Below are positions 14,429-22,406 of a stretch of DNA of 24,000 bases, one piece after another. Every line of letters starts with the position of its first letter. Position 1 is the first letter of the stretch. The stretch spans positions 1 to 24,000 of the forward strand of contig BHER01000001.1 of assembly GCA_003864555.1 (NCBI GenBank). The letters are read 5' to 3'. The position numbers and the translations under genes were made by a program. The DNA is from Erysipelotrichaceae bacterium (GTDB taxonomy: Bacteria > Bacillota_I > Bacilli_A > Culicoidibacterales > Culicoidibacteraceae). The notes under the pieces were generated by a model that was given only the letters and a program-made list of their open reading frames with translations, did not search any database and was not told the origin of the DNA.

Positions 14429-14465
14429 TCGTCCTCAGGTGGAAATTTGAGGACGACCTTTTTTT
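14429..14465. terminator. Strong rho-independent terminator between convergent genes, potentially bidirectional
   Basis: TCGTCCTCA (14429-14437) pairs with TGAGGACGA (14448-14456), a 9-bp perfect stem with a 10-nt loop, followed by a T7 run (14459-14465). An A6 run upstream (14421-14426) could serve the minus strand. Confidence 0.85.
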
Positions 14466-14527
14466 AATCTGTTTTATCGAGGAGCTCATCGTGTTGAGGG
14501 CTTGGGAATAGATGTGGTAGTATGATA

Positions 14528-16138
14528 TTATCCTCTAAAAACAAGATGCCAGAAATTTATTTTTTTGGACATTAACCAAATAATGGCTAAATTGATAACA
14601 CCAAGGAGCACAAGATAAATTAGTGCTAGAAGGCGACCTTCAAAAACTGCGGGTACAAACTGCATAATAAGGGAATTACAAGCAAGTGTTAGGAAAAACC
14701 CAGGGATGCTACAAATAATGGTTTTGCCAATAGCATTATAAATGAAATAAGGTTTTAAATCAACTAACTTCAAAATATCACGTGTTGATAGATAAACAAT
14801 CATTAATAATCCAAGCATCGTTGCAAAAATATCGCCATACACCCCGAAAAAATAGACAAGGGGGAAGTTTAGGATAAGTTTTACAACGGGGCCAATAGCG
14901 CTGTAGATGAGCGCTTTTTTCTTTTCTCCAAAAGCAAGGAGGACTGATACTGAAATAGTTTCAAGTGCAAATGCCATACCACGGAAGCCATCTACCCGTA
15001 AAACCGCAGCAATAAACTGTGTCGTAACATTATCCAAATTATAAAAAAAAGTAATCAGAGGGACAGATAAGGTTACCATAATAAGGACTGCTGAGAGTGT
15101 TGTGAAAAAAATCATGCGATAGGATTTCTTGACATATTTTCGCGTTTGTCTCATATCTTGGCTCTCGTATGCACTCGTGACAAAGCTGATAATTGCAACC
15201 GAAATTGCTAATGAAAAAGTCAAAGGAATCGAAACGAGTTTATCACTCCACTGGTTGATAACGGTATACTCTGATTTTGCTAGTAACTCAGTTGCACCAG
15301 CAAAAATCCGAATTTTTTCAAAAGTAAATAAAGTAATCTGGGAATAGAGTGTTGCTGCAAGACCAGAGATTACAAAAGGGAGAGCAGTAAGAATTAATTG
15401 GCGGCTGATAAATTTCTTATCGGAACCTATTTGATCCAAAGAAGTTTCCATCAGTATTTTATGCTCCCGTCGGGTTTTAGCATAGAAAGGATATAATGTG
15501 AAAATTGTAATGATAGTTGCAATAGGGAGAGCAATAAAGGCATAAGCAATCGCTTTTCCACTTTCTATTTTAAAGAAGTTTAGCGTAATATAGAGCGTGG
15601 ATAAAAGGATGATAACATAGGCAAGGCGCTCAACGACTTGTGAAATAGAAACACCAATTACGGTTTTAAAACCTTGGAGATAACCACGCATCCCACTCAA
15701 AATTGGGATAAGGACAAGTGCTGGTGCCATAATATAGAGTGCAAGGGTAGTTGCTTGTGCAAGCTCTGGATTATCGGGTGCTTTAAACTGTCCAAATGGT
15801 TGAGCAAAAAGAACAAATAAAACCATCAAAACAAGACCAAGGACAAGCATTAAGCGTTGTGCAATTTTTAAAACCTCATTAGCAGTCTTATACTGACCAT
15901 TCACATTGTAAATTGAAATCAGGCGTGCAATAGCAAGGGGGAGGCCTGCAAGGGATAGTTCATAGAATGGTTGAAACATCGTATAGGCATAGCTATTGAC
16001 ATAATTGGCATTGGTATTAAAAACCATTGCTGCAAAAGGGATGAGGTAGGCAACACTTATAATACGTGTTAAAAAAAGTCCAATTGTTGAAATGAGGGCA
16101 ACACTAACAAAGGACTGATTTTTATTTATTTTGTTCAT
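14528..16138 (-). CDS. MOP-superfamily flippase (polysaccharide biosynthesis protein; MurJ/YtgP/SpoVB-like)
   Basis: 536 aa with about 14 TM segments by eye. The overall architecture is typical of Wzx/MurJ-type flippases. RBS GAGGAG. Confidence 0.7.
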   Translation of the reverse strand: MNKINKNQSFVSVALISTIGLFLTRIISVAYLIPFAAMVFNTNANYVNSYAYTMFQPFYELSLAGLPLAIARLISIYNVNGQYKTANEVLKIAQRLMLVLGLVLMVLFVLFAQPFGQFKAPDNPELAQATTLALYIMAPALVLIPILSGMRGYLQGFKTVIGVSISQVVERLAYVIILLSTLYITLNFFKIESGKAIAYAFIALPIATIITIFTLYPFYAKTRREHKILMETSLDQIGSDKKFISRQLILTALPFVISGLAATLYSQITLFTFEKIRIFAGATELLAKSEYTVINQWSDKLVSIPLTFSLAISVAIISFVTSAYESQDMRQTRKYVKKSYRMIFFTTLSAVLIMVTLSVPLITFFYNLDNVTTQFIAAVLRVDGFRGMAFALETISVSVLLAFGEKKKALIYSAIGPVVKLILNFPLVYFFGVYGDIFATMLGLLMIVYLSTRDILKLVDLKPYFIYNAIGKTIICSIPGFFLTLACNSLIMQFVPAVFEGRLLALIYLVLLGVINLAIIWLMSKKINFWHLVFRG

Positions 16139-16264
16139 AGGGACACTCCTCTATATTGCTTTTTGAGTAATAATCTAAAAACTGCCCCAAAAGGCAGACA
16201 TACCATCATTATATCATATTTTTTTCAATAGAGGAAAAAGTGCTAACGAGATCGCTAAATTTTA

Positions 16265-16293
16265 TTGTATTTGTTTTATTTATTGGGTATAAT
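16265..16293 (+). promoter_or_regulatory. Sigma-A-type promoter of pflA
   Basis: TTGTAT (16265-16270), 17-nt spacer, TATAAT (16288-16293). Confidence 0.5.
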
Positions 16294-16367
16294 TAAAATG
16301 AATAGAGTTAAATATAGTAGCCAACTGAGAGATATATCTATTTGGTTATGATGTTAGGAGAAATAAA

Positions 16368-17162
16368 ATGCTAAAAGGACATGTGCATTCCATCGAGACA
16401 TTTGGAACAGTTGATGGACCAGGAATTCGCTTTGTGGTTTTTTTTCAAGGATGTATGCTTAAATGCCAGTACTGCCATAACCCTGATACATGGGATCTAG
16501 AAGGCGGGGTAGAATATACTGTTACAGAACTTTTGGATGAATATGATAAATACCGTAATTTTTTAAAGGGTGGAGGAATTACTGTAACAGGGGGTGAGGC
16601 ATTATTACAAATGAATTTTGTCACTGAGCTCTTTAAAGAAGCAAAAGCACGGAATATTCATACCTGCTTGGATACTTCGGGAGCAACTTTTCGCAAAGGG
16701 CTTGCAGCGAATGTTCGAAAGATGCAGAAATTAATGGATAATACAGATTTGGTCCTCTTAGATTTAAAACATATTGATGATGCTAAACATAGAGAGCTTA
16801 CGGGTATTACAAATAAGAACATCCTTGATTTTGCAGTCTGGCTTAGTGAAAGCGGGGTAGCTGTTTGGATTCGCCATGTGGTAATTCCAGGGATAACACT
16901 AGATGATTCTTCCCTATATCGCCTTGGACGTTTTATAGGGAAACTTGATAATGTTGAAAGAATAGAATTACTACCCTATCATGTGATGGGGGTTAATAAA
17001 TGGGAAGCACTTGGTTGGAAATACCCGCTTGAGGGCATCGAGCCACCAAAAGCAGAAGAATTTAGTCGTGCACAGCAGATTGTTATTAAAGGTGTTAAAG
17101 ATCAACATCTGATGTTAAAAAAACAAAATACACTTAAAAAAAACAATATTCACCTTGAATAG
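16368..17162 (+). CDS. pflA: Pyruvate formate-lyase (glycyl-radical enzyme) activating enzyme, radical SAM
   Basis: 264 aa. HSIETFGTVDGPGIRFVVFFQGCMLKCQYCHNPDTW contains the CxxxCxxC cluster motif. It is colinear with E. coli PflA through VWIRHVVIPG and IELLPYH. Confidence 0.9.
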   Translation: MLKGHVHSIETFGTVDGPGIRFVVFFQGCMLKCQYCHNPDTWDLEGGVEYTVTELLDEYDKYRNFLKGGGITVTGGEALLQMNFVTELFKEAKARNIHTCLDTSGATFRKGLAANVRKMQKLMDNTDLVLLDLKHIDDAKHRELTGITNKNILDFAVWLSESGVAVWIRHVVIPGITLDDSSLYRLGRFIGKLDNVERIELLPYHVMGVNKWEALGWKYPLEGIEPPKAEEFSRAQQIVIKGVKDQHLMLKKQNTLKKNNIHLE

Positions 17163-17224
17163 TTTATATGAGTATGATACACTAACAAAGGTTTAAAAAA
17201 ATGAAGTATATAAGGAGAATAAAT

Positions 17225-17770
17225 ATGAATAGATTTGTAGGAAGATTTCTAATATCCGTGCTTGTCTTAATTGGTTTCGTCGCATTCAGCTTTTTTAGTT
17301 CAGCAGATTCAGCAAGCGTAAAAGTAGTACACACTATCCAAAAACAAGAACCTATATTAGCAGGTCGACCAAGTGGTGATTTACTACTTAGTTCGATGGT
17401 TAATTTCTATGCTGGTGCAGCAGAGGCTAGTGATGAGGAACTCGGAATGGATGCAAATCAAGGGACAGCATTCAGAACATTAGCAAACTATATTGCTTTA
17501 AATGTTCCAAATGTCGAAGAGTCATCAGCCAAGAAAGTTAGTGGAGCCTATATTGGTAACAGCTCGGATAGCTCAGTTACAGGGGTTTATGTGCTCACAT
17601 TTCCTCGTGATATACAGATTGGACAAGATATCAGCGACATAGCCAATACAGCAGAACTAGAATATTTCATCGTAAAAGATAAAATTATGGTTATTGCGGA
17701 TGCTGATTATCTAGCTGATCTAGATATTGATTTTTCTGATTTTGAAGCAAAAGTACTAGCTAAAATATAA
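17225..17770 (+). CDS. Small secreted or membrane-anchored protein of unknown function
   Basis: ATG 17225 follows AAGGAG by 7 nt, whereas the ORF-track start at 17201 lacks an RBS. Signal-peptide-like N-terminus MNRFVGRFLISVLVLIGFVAFSFFSSADSA. Acidic C-terminal half. Confidence 0.6.
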   Translation: MNRFVGRFLISVLVLIGFVAFSFFSSADSASVKVVHTIQKQEPILAGRPSGDLLLSSMVNFYAGAAEASDEELGMDANQGTAFRTLANYIALNVPNVEESSAKKVSGAYIGNSSDSSVTGVYVLTFPRDIQIGQDISDIANTAELEYFIVKDKIMVIADADYLADLDIDFSDFEAKVLAKI

Positions 17771-17789
17771 TAGTCAATCTTAATTGAGT

Positions 17790-17826
17790 GCCCAACCAAG
17801 CAATCTGCCTGGCTGGGCCTTTTTTG
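17790..17826 (+). terminator. Rho-independent terminator
   Basis: GCCCAACCAAGC (17790-17801) pairs with GCCTGGCTGGGC (17807-17818) at 10 of 12 positions around a 5-nt loop, followed by a T run to 17825. Confidence 0.75.
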
Positions 17827-17963
17827 TGGAGAAAAAAGTGAAAAGTGTAAAAAGACAAAGCGGATTAAAAAAAATGATTTGAATCCTTAAAATCGCTTTT
17901 AAAATCAGGACATACATGCTAAAATATAATGTGATAATTTAAAAAAGATAAGGAGAAAATAAA

Positions 17964-19055
17964 ATGGGAAAACAAATAGGGGTTTCAATCTATCCGGAGC
18001 ATAGTACAATAAAAGAAATCAAAGCATATTTAGATTTAGCAGCAAAATATAATGTCAAAAAAGTCTTTAGTTGCCTATTATCCGTTACAAAACCAGTTGA
18101 AGAAATTAAAAAAGAATTTAAAGAAATCAATGCGTACACTGTAAATCTTGGAATGGAATTGATGTTAGATGTCTCACCACGTGTTTTTAGCACTCTTGGG
18201 ATCAGCTATGATGACTTAAGCTTTTTTTCAGATATTTCAGCAACAGGAATTAGACTTGATATGGGCTTTGATGGTGTAGTAGAAGCAAAAATGACACATA
18301 ATCCTTATGGACTCGATATCGAAATTAATATGAGTAATGATGTTGCTGGAATTGATAATATTATGAGCTATCGTCCAAATACGGACCGCTTAATTGGTTG
18401 TCATAATTTCTACCCCCAAGAATATACCGGATTACGGCTTTCACATTTTATGAGTTGTTCAGAGCGATTCAAAAAATTTAACTTAAAAACATCAGCATTT
18501 GTTAGTGCACCCTCGGCTAAAATTGGGCCTTGGCCAGTTATGGATGGACTTGTAACACTAGAAATGCACCGTAGGTTGCCACTTACTGCACAGGCAAAAC
18601 ACCTTTTTGCAACGGGCTTGATTGATACCGTTATTATTGGGAATATGTATGCCTCAGAGGAGGAGCTAAAAGCATTATCAGAAATTGACCCAGATATTAT
18701 AAGTCTAGAAGTTGAATTTGCTCCCGGAACAACAGAATTAGAAAAAGATATTGTCTTAAATTCTCCTCATTTTAATCGTGGAGATATTAATGATTATATG
18801 ATCCGTTCAACAATGAGCCGTGTTGTCTACAAAGATCGTCCATTCCCAATCCATGATGTATCGACACTTTCAAAAGGAGATATAATTATTGGGAATGATT
18901 TATTTGGTCAATACAAAGGCGAACTCCAATTATGCATCAATGATTTACCAGAAGACGGACGTAAAAATTGTGTTGCCCGCATCATTGATGCTGAGATCTT
19001 TTTAATAGACTATATTAAAGCATGGGATAGATTTAAATTTATTGAAAAAAAATAA
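17964..19055 (+). CDS. mupG: DUF871 / MupG-family protein (putative 6-phospho-N-acetylmuramidase)
   Basis: 363 aa. The N-terminus IGVSIYPEHSTIKEIKAYLDLAAKYNVKKVFSCLLSV matches the conserved DUF871 N-terminal TIM-barrel pattern as I recall it. RBS AAGGAG. Confidence 0.7.
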   Translation: MGKQIGVSIYPEHSTIKEIKAYLDLAAKYNVKKVFSCLLSVTKPVEEIKKEFKEINAYTVNLGMELMLDVSPRVFSTLGISYDDLSFFSDISATGIRLDMGFDGVVEAKMTHNPYGLDIEINMSNDVAGIDNIMSYRPNTDRLIGCHNFYPQEYTGLRLSHFMSCSERFKKFNLKTSAFVSAPSAKIGPWPVMDGLVTLEMHRRLPLTAQAKHLFATGLIDTVIIGNMYASEEELKALSEIDPDIISLEVEFAPGTTELEKDIVLNSPHFNRGDINDYMIRSTMSRVVYKDRPFPIHDVSTLSKGDIIIGNDLFGQYKGELQLCINDLPEDGRKNCVARIIDAEIFLIDYIKAWDRFKFIEKK

Positions 19056-19073
19056 GCAGGAGGAGCAAAAAAA

Positions 19074-21266
19074 TTGTTAGTTTTCCAACTTATTATAGCA
19101 GCAATTAGTTTATATCTTGGCTGTTTCTTATTGGGTGCACTTGTATTAAAATTACTTTTTAAAGATGCGAGTAAATTACTTTTTGCACCATTTGGCTTTA
19201 TCGTATTTCAAGTGATCTTCTGGATTTTAAGCATAGCACTTATTTATAGCCATCAAAGCTTTTCATTATTGCTTATCATAGTAAGCATCATGCTTATTGC
19301 CATTTTTGCAGTTGCACTTAAACAATTTGATATCAAACAATTACGCAACTGGTATTATGCAACATCCAATCCATCTAAATCGATCTTAGTGGTTATAATA
19401 TTGCTCGGAATTTGCCATGGGATATTACAAATTGGCTTTTGGAATGTTGATAATTCGATGTCTGATAATGGATTTTATGTGTCCATTGCAACAGCAATGG
19501 CGAGTAGTAAAGCAATGTGGACAACTAACCCTGGTAGTGGAATGGAAATGGGCAGTATTCAGGCAACCTATATGATTTCAACATATGAGACCTCAATTGC
19601 CTATCTTGCCAAAATAAGTTTATTACATCCGGCAATTTATATGCGAATTATCATGCCAGTTATAATGAGTCTTTTATCATTTCAAAGCATCTTACTCCTT
19701 TTCCGGAAGATATTGAAAAAAGAGAAATTTGCATTAATCGGCATACTAGCATTTATCCTCCTTTTATATTATGCACCTAATTATAAGAGTAGCTTAAATG
19801 ATTATTCACTGGAAGAGTGGTTTTTATACTATAATCATGTAGGAAAATCGGTGCTGCGCTATCTGGTTATGCCAATTACATTTATTATTTTTATCGAGAT
19901 ATATGAGGCTAATACCAAAAGGGACTCACTTGGTTTGAATGCGGTTTATTCCTATATGATGCTGCTTGCAATAGTAGGGATAGGGTATATTACATTATCA
20001 CCGGGTGGTGCAGTCTATTTCTTAGCATTAGAAGCGGTTTTCTTACTCCTTCTCTTTTTTAAAAAGAGAACAAAAAAAAGTGATGTCATGATCCTTGGGC
20101 TCTCAAGTATCACTGGATTTGCAGGACTCCTTATCGCCTATATGACAACATCTCTAGAAAAAAAGAGTAGTATGCCAATACATGAGTTAAGCAAGCTACG
20201 GTTTCTCGGATATGGGTCGGAATACTATAATAAGGAGCTTTTCCAAAACTTTCTACTATCGGGTGAGTTTGATGGCTATTGGTATTTACGTTTTGGTCAA
20301 GCACTCTTCATCGCTTTACTCCTGATTTCAGGAATTATCTTTGGTATTACTTTTTTAAAAAACAAAATAATTATAAGGAAAAAGCGGCAAGCTACGGTAG
20401 AATTTTTTTGGTCTGATAAAAAGACGCTCCTCTTTTTTTCACTTGGATTTCCACTCTTATATGTGATTTTCACGCATGCGCCACCAATTGTTGAAATTGT
20501 TAGTGAAAAACTTGCCGTTTTTGGCCATCAACGCCTAGTTGGGATATATCCCTATGAAATAATGGGGATTGCCCTTGTTATTATGGGGGTTAACTATTTT
20601 ACCGTTATGTGTACAAGCAAATGTAATATCGGGATTCGACCAAAACTACAAGCCATAGTTGCGCTCTCGAGTGCATGTCTTCTGGTCATATGCTTCATCA
20701 TGCTACCAGCACGGCCATTTACCTACCAATATGCTTTAGAGAGTGAGCGGCATGAACGCTTAAAATTCAAAGATAGCTATTATGATGGTCGTTTTGATTA
20801 TATGCGGCTGCTTGAAAATCCCTATCGCTTAGATAATGCTGCAACACAAATTACGAGTGTAATTAGCCCAAAAAGTGGGAAAAAAGTTGTAGCTGGGACA
20901 ACAAACCAATTCTTTGGACTTACACATGTACGCAATTATGATGCTAATATTCAAGTTGTGCGCACGCGATTTTCACAGTACGCGGATGCGGAATATGCGG
21001 ATGCATCCTATCTTCTGCGGACATATTTCTCACCATGGGATAATGAGCATGAAAATATCACCAAAACACACACTATTAAGGAAGTAAAAGAAGCAATCAC
21101 ATTATTTGATGTAGATTATCTTGTTGTCCTAAAAAATTATAAAGATCAGCCAAATTTTGGGAAAGACATGGAAGCAAAATTCATAGCTGTCATTTCTGAG
21201 ACAGAGGAAACTGAACTTTTTTATATATTTACAATTAAAAAAGATATACCCAAAATAAATGATTGA
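19074..21266 (+). CDS. Large polytopic membrane protein with a C-terminal soluble domain, function unknown (GT-C-like architecture)
   Basis: 730 aa from a TTG start 8-10 nt after AGGAGGAG. About 14-16 TM segments by eye over residues 1-560, then a roughly 170-aa hydrophilic C-terminal domain. It begins 18 nt after the mupG-like stop. Confidence 0.65.
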   Translation: MLVFQLIIAAISLYLGCFLLGALVLKLLFKDASKLLFAPFGFIVFQVIFWILSIALIYSHQSFSLLLIIVSIMLIAIFAVALKQFDIKQLRNWYYATSNPSKSILVVIILLGICHGILQIGFWNVDNSMSDNGFYVSIATAMASSKAMWTTNPGSGMEMGSIQATYMISTYETSIAYLAKISLLHPAIYMRIIMPVIMSLLSFQSILLLFRKILKKEKFALIGILAFILLLYYAPNYKSSLNDYSLEEWFLYYNHVGKSVLRYLVMPITFIIFIEIYEANTKRDSLGLNAVYSYMMLLAIVGIGYITLSPGGAVYFLALEAVFLLLLFFKKRTKKSDVMILGLSSITGFAGLLIAYMTTSLEKKSSMPIHELSKLRFLGYGSEYYNKELFQNFLLSGEFDGYWYLRFGQALFIALLLISGIIFGITFLKNKIIIRKKRQATVEFFWSDKKTLLFFSLGFPLLYVIFTHAPPIVEIVSEKLAVFGHQRLVGIYPYEIMGIALVIMGVNYFTVMCTSKCNIGIRPKLQAIVALSSACLLVICFIMLPARPFTYQYALESERHERLKFKDSYYDGRFDYMRLLENPYRLDNAATQITSVISPKSGKKVVAGTTNQFFGLTHVRNYDANIQVVRTRFSQYADAEYADASYLLRTYFSPWDNEHENITKTHTIKEVKEAITLFDVDYLVVLKNYKDQPNFGKDMEAKFIAVISETEETELFYIFTIKKDIPKIND

Positions 21267-21283
21267 AAGGAATTGAATATGAT

Positions 21284-21925
21284 ATGATGAAATTTTTAAA
21301 AATGACTACAGTAATACTACTAACACTTGGACTTTATGTGGGGTGTGCTAAAGCGGAGACAGGAGAAAATAACAAGCCTACTAGCAATCCTACGAGTGCA
21401 AGTGGTTTTCCACTGGCAACAATTGAGATGGAAAATGGTGGGATAATCGTAATTGAACTCGACGCCAAGCAAGCACCAAATACCGTTGCAAACTTTGTTG
21501 AGCTTGCGCAAAATAAATTCTATGATGGACTTAGTTTCCATCGTGTGATACCAGGATTTGTTATCCAAGGAGGAGATCCAGCAGGAAATGGTATGGGTGG
21601 TCCAGGATATGGTATCACAGGAGAATTTAGTGCAAACGGTATTGAAAATAATCTGCTCCACACACGTGGGGTCATCTCAATGGCACGTTCTGGACAAATG
21701 GATTCAGGGGGTTCACAATTTTTTATCATGGTTGCAGACAGTACATCACTTGATGGGCAATATGCCTCGTTTGGAAAAGTCATAGCAGGAATGGATGTTG
21801 TCGATGCAATTGTTTCGGCAGATCGGGATGCAAATGATAAGCCAATGGAAGATCAGCGCATGAAAAGTGTTACTATTGATATGAATGGTGCAATATTACC
21901 AGAACTTGAGAAACTAAAAGAGTAA
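21284..21925 (+). CDS. Cyclophilin-type peptidyl-prolyl cis-trans isomerase, lipoprotein
   Basis: FHRVIPGFVIQGGDP and SMARSG...GSQFFI are cyclophilin signatures. Signal plus lipobox MMKFLKMTTVILLTLGLYVGC. ATG 21284 is preferred to the TTG at 21263 used by the ORF track. Confidence 0.9.
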   Translation: MMKFLKMTTVILLTLGLYVGCAKAETGENNKPTSNPTSASGFPLATIEMENGGIIVIELDAKQAPNTVANFVELAQNKFYDGLSFHRVIPGFVIQGGDPAGNGMGGPGYGITGEFSANGIENNLLHTRGVISMARSGQMDSGGSQFFIMVADSTSLDGQYASFGKVIAGMDVVDAIVSADRDANDKPMEDQRMKSVTIDMNGAILPELEKLKE

Positions 21926-21938
21926 TGAGCATATTGCT

Positions 21939-21968
21939 AAAACCTTGACGGAAGTTGAGGTTTTTTTT
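21939..21968 (+). terminator. Rho-independent terminator after the PPIase gene
   Basis: AAAACCTTGAC (21939-21949) pairs with GTTGAGGTTTT (21954-21964), including 2 G-U pairs, around a 4-nt loop. The T8 run ends at 21968. Confidence 0.7.
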
Positions 21969-21992
21969 ATTTAAAAAAAACATTACAAACAC

Positions 21993-22021
21993 TTGACAAA
22001 AAAAGTACCTTGTAATACAAT
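21993..22021 (+). promoter_or_regulatory. Consensus-like sigma-A promoter of the PadR operon
   Basis: TTGACA (21993-21998), 17-nt spacer, TACAAT (22016-22021). Confidence 0.7.
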
Positions 22022-22053
22022 GTAGTCAAAGGCATACATTGTATTACAAGGTA
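22006..22053. promoter_or_regulatory. Perfect 19-bp inverted repeat, candidate PadR operator overlapping the -10 hexamer
   Basis: TACCTTGTAATACAATGTA (22006-22024), 10-nt spacer, TACATTGTATTACAAGGTA (22035-22053). The arms are exact reverse complements. Each arm contains an 11-bp sub-palindrome, TTGTAaTACAA and TTGTAtTACAA. Confidence 0.65.
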
Positions 22054-22079
22054 TGATGGAATGAGAAAGGGAGATTTGG

Positions 22080-22406
22080 ATGGATACACAACTCAAAAAA
22101 GGGACGCTTGAATTTTGTGTTATTGCGTTATTATCACATCGTGATTGGTATGGCTATGAGCTTACGCAAGAGCTTAATAAATTGCTTATTGTCAAAGATG
22201 CGACAATTTATTTGATATTACAGCGTTTAGAAAAGGCAAACTTTGTCGAGGCCTATATCCAAGTTATGGATGATAGTGCCAAAATTCGTAAATACCATCA
22301 CTTAACAGCAAAAGGAATTGAACGCCTCTCCTTATTACAAGAAGAATGGGCTAGGCTTGCAATTATCGTAGAGCAATGTATTGAAAAAGGAGAGATGAGC
22401 AAATGA
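22080..22406 (+). CDS. PadR-family transcriptional regulator
   Basis: 108 aa. LEFCVIALLSHRDWYGYELTQEL...IYLILQRLEKANFVEAY....RKYHHLTAKG is the canonical PadR winged-helix pattern. RBS AAGGGAG. Confidence 0.9.
   Translation: MDTQLKKGTLEFCVIALLSHRDWYGYELTQELNKLLIVKDATIYLILQRLEKANFVEAYIQVMDDSAKIRKYHHLTAKGIERLSLLQEEWARLAIIVEQCIEKGEMSK

Noticed and set aside
16182-16197. CTGCC-N6-GGCAG hairpin followed by T5 on the minus strand, in the 5' leader of the flippase gene, as a possible attenuator
   Set aside because: It has only a 5-bp stem and a short T run, with no alternative antiterminator structure found. That is insufficient evidence.
17201-17224. Upstream ATG 17201 for the secreted protein, and TTG 21263 for the PPIase
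   Set aside because: In both cases the downstream ATG starts the product directly at its signal peptide. ATG 17225 also follows AAGGAG at good spacing. ATG 21284 has only a weak upstream AAAGGA.
21320-21785. ORFs 21320-21661(-), 21520-21783(-) and 21558-21785(+) overlapping the cyclophilin gene
   Set aside because: The cyclophilin frame carries unmistakable family signatures, and the overlapping frames have none.
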